64,000 nt of DNA from Thermofilaceae archaeon (lineage in GTDB: Archaea; Thermoproteota; Thermoprotei; Thermofilales; Thermofilaceae), in contig JAWCCZ010000001.1 in NCBI GenBank assembly GCA_038861545.1, forward strand, positions 192,001 through 256,000, given 5' to 3'. Numbering within the stretch: position 1 is the stretch's first letter; each line of letters starts with the position of its first letter. Made by a program: the position numbers and the translations under genes. The notes beneath the pieces were generated by a model. It saw only the letters and a program-made list of their open reading frames with translations, was not told the DNA's origin and did no database searches. Shown in pieces: positions 59,336-64,000 of the stretch.

Positions 59336-59785
59336 TTAATTGGTAACGGTCATTGAACGCAGCTCAGCTTGCAGTTTCTTCGCAGCATCGTCCGAAGAGG
59401 AGTAAATAATTAATCTGAAGCAAGGGTTTTTAATGCCTCTAATCAGAACCGAAGTAAAGTTAACTCTTTCTTCCTCACACATGGCAATTACATACTTGCC
59501 TTTGAGTAGCCCATAGGCGATTTCGAAACCTACTCCCAGGCTTGGGTATGATATCTCCGCTACCAGCATGTCAGCCTCTTCGAGTAACTGAACATCTCTT
59601 TCATAAACTTCTTCCGGCTTTAAACCGCGATCTACGTCTACGGTTTCGTCTACTACTTGAGGAGTGAGTAGCTCGCAGCCGGATCCCGTGATTACGTCGG
59701 CTAGGCGTTTAACCGTTGGTAACGCTTTCCTGACACCTCTTATTGGAGCGGCTAAATAGATTTTCACAGCCGGATCTACGCACAA
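59336..59785 (-). CDS. Nucleoside 2-deoxyribosyltransferase / DNPH1-like N-glycosidase
   Basis: IYLAAPIRG...VYERD...ADMLVAEISYPSLGVGFE. Confidence 0.85.
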   Translation of the reverse strand: MCVDPAVKIYLAAPIRGVRKALPTVKRLADVITGSGCELLTPQVVDETVDVDRGLKPEEVYERDVQLLEEADMLVAEISYPSLGVGFEIAYGLLKGKYVIAMCEEERVNFTSVLIRGIKNPCFRLIIYSSSDDAAKKLQAELRSMTVTN

Positions 59786-59840
59786 AACCGATAAACATAA
59801 CTTTTAGTTAAAGTCCTCCGATTGCTCTGGGGTTTACATA

Positions 59841-60293
59841 ATGGAGGTTAGGAAGTTAAGCTGGTCAGATGTGATAGGTCTCGCACTCACATTGGCCGAG
59901 GAGGCTAGATCGGACGACCCCCAGGCAATAGTTGCCGTGCTAAGGGGTGGGATATACCCAGCTTTGATAATCGCGTCGAGGCTAGGCGTGGAAAGGTTGT
60001 ACACTGTGGGGTTCAGAAAGTACAGTGACGATAAGCCTCCACAAGAGTTAAGCAAAAAACCCACGCTGGTCGGAGAAAATGTCCCGAGCTTAAGTGGAGA
60101 GCGCGTAATCATTGTGGATGACGTGGCTAGAACCGGTAGCACAATGAAAGCAGCGAAAGAGCTACTAGAGTCGAAAGGCGCTGGTCAGGTTAAAACAGCG
60201 GTTCTAGTTTTAAGGTCTCGCACGATGGTTTACGCTCCCGACTACTACGCTATATTCATGAAGGACTGTCCCCTTTTTCCCTGGGACCAATGA
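59841..60293 (+). CDS. Type I phosphoribosyltransferase (xanthine/guanine PRT-like)
   Basis: AVLRGG; PRPP motif IIVDDVARTGST; PDYY...FPW. Confidence 0.88.
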   Translation: MEVRKLSWSDVIGLALTLAEEARSDDPQAIVAVLRGGIYPALIIASRLGVERLYTVGFRKYSDDKPPQELSKKPTLVGENVPSLSGERVIIVDDVARTGSTMKAAKELLESKGAGQVKTAVLVLRSRTMVYAPDYYAIFMKDCPLFPWDQ

Positions 60294-60520
60294 GTCGAGC
60301 TAGAAGGAAGAGGGTTGAGGACTTAGCTGCCCTAATCATACAGATAGCCTCTAGGGATGTGTTTGGAAGCGTCGGCCGAGTATTGATCCCCGAATTGGAA
60401 ATAGAGGGGTATAGTTACGATGAGATAAGTGAAGCTCTAAGCGTGCTTAGAGAGGAGGGTTACCGCATTACAGTTGTTGGTGACATTGTAAAGATAGACT
60501 TTAGCGCTAGTAAGGGGTAA
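60290..60520 (+). CDS. Small hypothetical protein (possible wHTH)
   Basis: ATGA coupling to the PRTase; EISEALSVLREEGY. Confidence 0.6.
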   Translation: MSRARRKRVEDLAALIIQIASRDVFGSVGRVLIPELEIEGYSYDEISEALSVLREEGYRITVVGDIVKIDFSASKG

Positions 60521-60525
60521 CGCGT

Positions 60526-60807
60526 TTAAAAATTACACTTGCGTTTTCTTCTAAGCAATGCTGCGCCTTTCTCAGTTAATTCGAAGGTTCGAAGCCCCTT
60601 TCTCCCGATTTTACACGCTAAAGTAACTGGGCAGGATGAACAAGGCTTTGCTTTTATTTCCCTTAAGTATCCATGAGCTAACAATGCCCCGATAGCACTC
60701 TCAGCTTCACTCAGCTGCACTCCGAGCTGCCTAGCTACCTCTGAAAGGGTGATAGGCCCTTTAGCCACCGTAAATAGTATCTTTTCGAGATCGAACTTCA
60801 CAGTCAT
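60526..60807 (-). CDS. FeoC-like wHTH protein with a CxxCxxxxxC wing
   Basis: TLSEVARQLGV...LLAHGYL..CSSCPVTLAC...ELTEKG. Confidence 0.75.
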   Translation of the reverse strand: MTVKFDLEKILFTVAKGPITLSEVARQLGVQLSEAESAIGALLAHGYLREIKAKPCSSCPVTLACKIGRKGLRTFELTEKGAALLRRKRKCNF

Positions 60808-60897
60808 ACCACGAGTCTAAAGCCGTTAAAGATTTCCATTGTAGATTCCGAGCTTACTACGAGTTAAAGGTTGCTTATACATGTTTTAGCTGCCTGA

Positions 60898-61326
60898 CAC
60901 GACAGTGAAATTTTTAGGTATGCGAATGCTGAAGAGAGAAGCTTAGAAGGATTTTTCTGTTCTTACTGCCATTCTCCTCTGCTTGGAAGCTCTTCAAATC
61001 CTTCAACAACTACCGAGGATGGAGTTTACCTAGGCGATATAGAAGGAGAAAATTCGCCTCTAATCTTACCTATTAACCCATACTTTGGATTCCACTTCGC
61101 ATTTTACGGTGTAACTGGCACGGGAAAGACTAGGGCAGCCATGAACCTTGCGATAAACGCTGAGAATAAGGGCTTATGCCTAAGAATACTAGACGTTGAA
61201 GGAGAATGGAAAAAGATAATTCCAAAACTGAGCAAGGAAACTATTTTCTACGATTCAGAATATAACCTTAAAGTTAATCCATCTTTGGTATTATCTCAGC
61301 GAAGATTAATTCGGCTAGTTTATTAA
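60898..61326 (+). pseudogene. Truncated HerA/VirB4-like (DUF87) P-loop ATPase remnant
   Basis: Frame open 60898..61326 with no ATG before 61141: GVYLG...HFAFYGVTGTGKT...ILDVEGEW...NLKVNP, then stops. Confidence 0.8.
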
Positions 61327-62012
61327 ACTCCATAATGGACAACCCACCAATTATATTCATCAATAAGTTTAGCCAAGGTTTTTCTACCATACTCTCGACC
61401 AAGTTTATTGCTTGGAAGTTCTCGGCAAATTCTCTCTACAATTTCCTTTTTGTTACATCCGCTCTTTTTTGCTTCCTCTTCTATCGCCTCTTCCACTTCT
61501 CTCTTAACCAGCTTTAGGAATTCTAAGTAACCCTTTGCGCCTCCTGCGACTTTATATTTTCTCCTGATATCATCATCCCACATTACGAAGAGTTCTGGAT
61601 TAAGTAAATGCAGGATCTTGGAGATTGCTGTAGCTCCTATGTAATCCACCTTTGCTGAACTATAACATTTTATGATAGCATCTGCTATTTCTTTATCCTC
61701 GAGATTGATATCTAGAAAAGTTTTACCTTGTAACTTTTGGAAGGATTCTTTAGAGTTACGTAATTGCTCAGTAAGTTGTTTCCAATCCAAATCCTTTCTA
61801 TCTACAGTTCTTCCCATTCTTCCCCATTGAGCAAGAAACATCTTAATTATTTGTTTCACATGCCTCTCTAATTCCAATCTGCCGAGGTCAACTCTGACCT
61901 CTTTGAGCATTTCAAGAGCCTTAAAATACATGTATTCGCCAAACCAGAAGGAATCTTCAAAATTCCTAACACTCTCAACCAACTCTCTGTACCTCATGCT
62001 AAATCTCCTCAT
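61323..62012 (-). CDS. AT-rich hypothetical protein with an HhH-glycosylase-like motif
   Basis: FLAQWGRM...IGATAISKILHLLNPELFVMWDDDIR...AKLIDEYNW. Confidence 0.55.
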   Translation of the reverse strand: MRRFSMRYRELVESVRNFEDSFWFGEYMYFKALEMLKEVRVDLGRLELERHVKQIIKMFLAQWGRMGRTVDRKDLDWKQLTEQLRNSKESFQKLQGKTFLDINLEDKEIADAIIKCYSSAKVDYIGATAISKILHLLNPELFVMWDDDIRRKYKVAGGAKGYLEFLKLVKREVEEAIEEEAKKSGCNKKEIVERICRELPSNKLGREYGRKTLAKLIDEYNWWVVHYGV

Positions 62013-62111
62013 TTCCTAATTCATCCTAACAACTTAAATTAAAAACACGATATAAAATTAACGGCAATTTTCTCTCAATAAAACTCACTCTCCCTAATAA
62101 CATCTCTTTTC

Positions 62112-64000
62112 ATGGCTAAGGTAATTATCGAACCAGCTGGTGATCTGCAAATAGAGGGAATGAACATTAAATATGGTCCCGGAAGCCTATTTAAAGCAAA
62201 AGTATGGGTGGTTAACGATGCTTCGAATATTTCAGGTGTTCTCTTTAAGTTGGGAGTTTGTGGATTTAAATGTAAGTCAAGTACTGGATAAAGGGTATTC
62301 CCAAATAATTATCCCTCGTAGCGAAGAGCCGGCTACGCTAGCTGCCTCTATTTGTTTTTCGATACCTGTGTACACAGATGGCATGCATGAAGTTGAGCTT
62401 AGGGTTACCTTATTGATGGGGGATGTAAAAGTTGATGACGAGGTTTTCAGCTTTTTTAAAGTTGCACCGGCAAGCGAAGTTATCGTAAAGCTAGTCAATA
62501 TTACCGAGCCGCTAAAATTTTACGTAGAGTACTGAAGGGTATTCTTTCTATCTACAATCTAGGGATGGAAGAAGTGTCTTCTATCTCCCCACGGGCTCGA
62601 GGGCAGTGGTCTATGGTCCAGTGCTTAACGTATCTTCTCCCTATTTACCAATAGTATACGACTTGGGCGTCCTACAAACCGGTGTAATAGAACTAGAGTT
62701 AACACTCATTGAGGGCTCACTATTCATTGTTAGAACGCCAATGCCTTCGCTAGATGGTTCACTACCAATGATCAACTTAAAAATTAAACCTTTTTCGGAA
62801 TTACCTGGACCGTACATTTTATCATACGATTCCTCAAGTATTGCTATCGCTTTAGCGCTTGGCTTAACAGGTTATCAGTTTATACTGCCGGCGAGGATTC
62901 CCCTCAACGTGTCTTACGATGTAAAGTGGGGTTTAAACCAAGTATCTTTTACAGTAGGCCCCTTAAACTTAAGCAAAGGCGAAGTGTATATTGATGATAG
63001 GCTGGCAAAACTGTTAGCCAGCGAAGCGTTAGAGTTTGGCAGCAAGGATATTTCAAATGCCTTAGCCAAGTTGACGTGGCTCGAGAAACGGGGTTTTTAC
63101 GCAGGTTTAACTAGGGAGATAGTTAAAAAAGCATCTGAAGCAATTGACGAAGCCCGTAAGACAATAGAAGACTCGCCCGAAGTATCCTCAACGCTCGCGA
63201 GGGAAGCTAGAAACTTACTGGTAGCTGCCACCGAAAATATAGGTAAAATTTATGCAGGGCTAAGGTTAACATCCTTCTCTTCTTTTTATTATTATTATAC
63301 TAGCTTCGCTTGGTTTTGCCTCAATCCTTGTTGAAGAGGAGCCTAAAAGACCGGTTATTGGAGTAGCAGTGCTCGTAATTCTGGTAGTGATGGTTTACGT
63401 GACGTACCCAGGTATCACAGAGGTCGATACAGTCGAGCTTTTCTTAGGTATGTATACGAGCTTTTTAGTATTTATTCTCCTGATTGTGACACCCTATCTC
63501 CTTGAAGGGGTAAAAAGCGAAAAAGGTTTGCTTGTGTTTACCGCCGTGGCTATGGCGCTATCGGTAGCGGCTAGGAATCTGAGAAGAAGGGGTTTACGTA
63601 CCGCTCTAGCCCTGTTTTCAGTTATTGCTCTTTCTCTGGCTGTTTCCAGTTTATCTTCTATGAGCTACTACGCTACTACAAAAGAATTGGTGACAACGGT
63701 TAAGGCTCAAGGGAGCGCGGATAACTTCCTGATGGTTTTCAGTAAACACAGTCTGACTTTCGATGACATCATATACGTGTTTTCGCAGCCAGAAACGCTA
63801 GAGGCTGGCTTCATACTGAGTAGCGTGCCGCGCCTTGAACCCTACGGCTATCATGCTACTAGGACCATCAGAGCCTTTATCGCCGTACACGGGTATTCAC
63901 CGATAAGGTCAGAGCTGTCAAAGATCGTCCAGCCGTTAGCTGCCATTGAGGAGCTTTCACAGCGTAGCGATACGGTACTCGTGAGCAGTGCTTGGAGGGA
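62112..64000 (+). pseudogene. MacB/FtsX-type permease paralog with at least three frameshifts; runs off the window end
   Basis: Fragments join via shifts near 62243, 62528 and 63280; the last frame encodes TMs then ARNLRRRGLRTAL, matching YIRKRPMRTVL in the 1502-aa protein. Confidence 0.75.

Noticed and set aside
4886-62498. Numerous 60-145 aa ORFs antisense to or nested in confident genes (e.g. 4886..5269, 16450..16794, 21946..22380, 39697..40065, 59834..60142)
   Set aside because: Shadow ORFs with Ser/Pro/Thr-rich composition and no motifs, fully overlapping well-supported genes

Overview
This 64-kb window is archaeal chromosome, most consistent with Thermoproteales (Thermofilaceae-like). 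The evidence is tRNAs with non-canonical and double introns, Rpo8/RpoG next to tgtA and SmAP3, S30e, a TFE-beta-like gene, GatDE and many leaderless starts. Most of it is an intact information-processing core: orc1/cdc6, a RadA-family gene, gatD/gatE, SRP19, S8e, tgtA, rpoG, rpoL, csl4, aRF1, gar1-tfb-TFEb-thpR-cca-kinase and an Hrq1-like helicase. It also carries purine/nucleotide salvage genes, four intron-containing tRNAs (Pro-GGG, Ser-CGA, Val-CAC, Lys-CTT) and a probable C/D box sRNA. Accessory, partly decayed stretches lie at about 0.2-4.9 kb, 9.8-10.7 kb and 60.9-64 kb. The best candidate for an undescribed system is at 48.9-57.6 kb. There, a 1502-aa fusion of a PA domain, an atypical M28-like domain and a MacB/FtsX-type permease is transcribed divergently, from mirror-image TATA boxes, with two paralogous OPT-like membrane proteins. 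The second of these is split by a single in-frame TGA. No ABC ATPase is adjacent, and a frameshifted permease paralog starts at about 62.1 kb. A second candidate is a possible regulated-intramembrane-proteolysis module at 40.6-43.8 kb. No CRISPR array, integrase, transposase or rRNA was seen. All product calls come from motif recognition by eye, without database searches.
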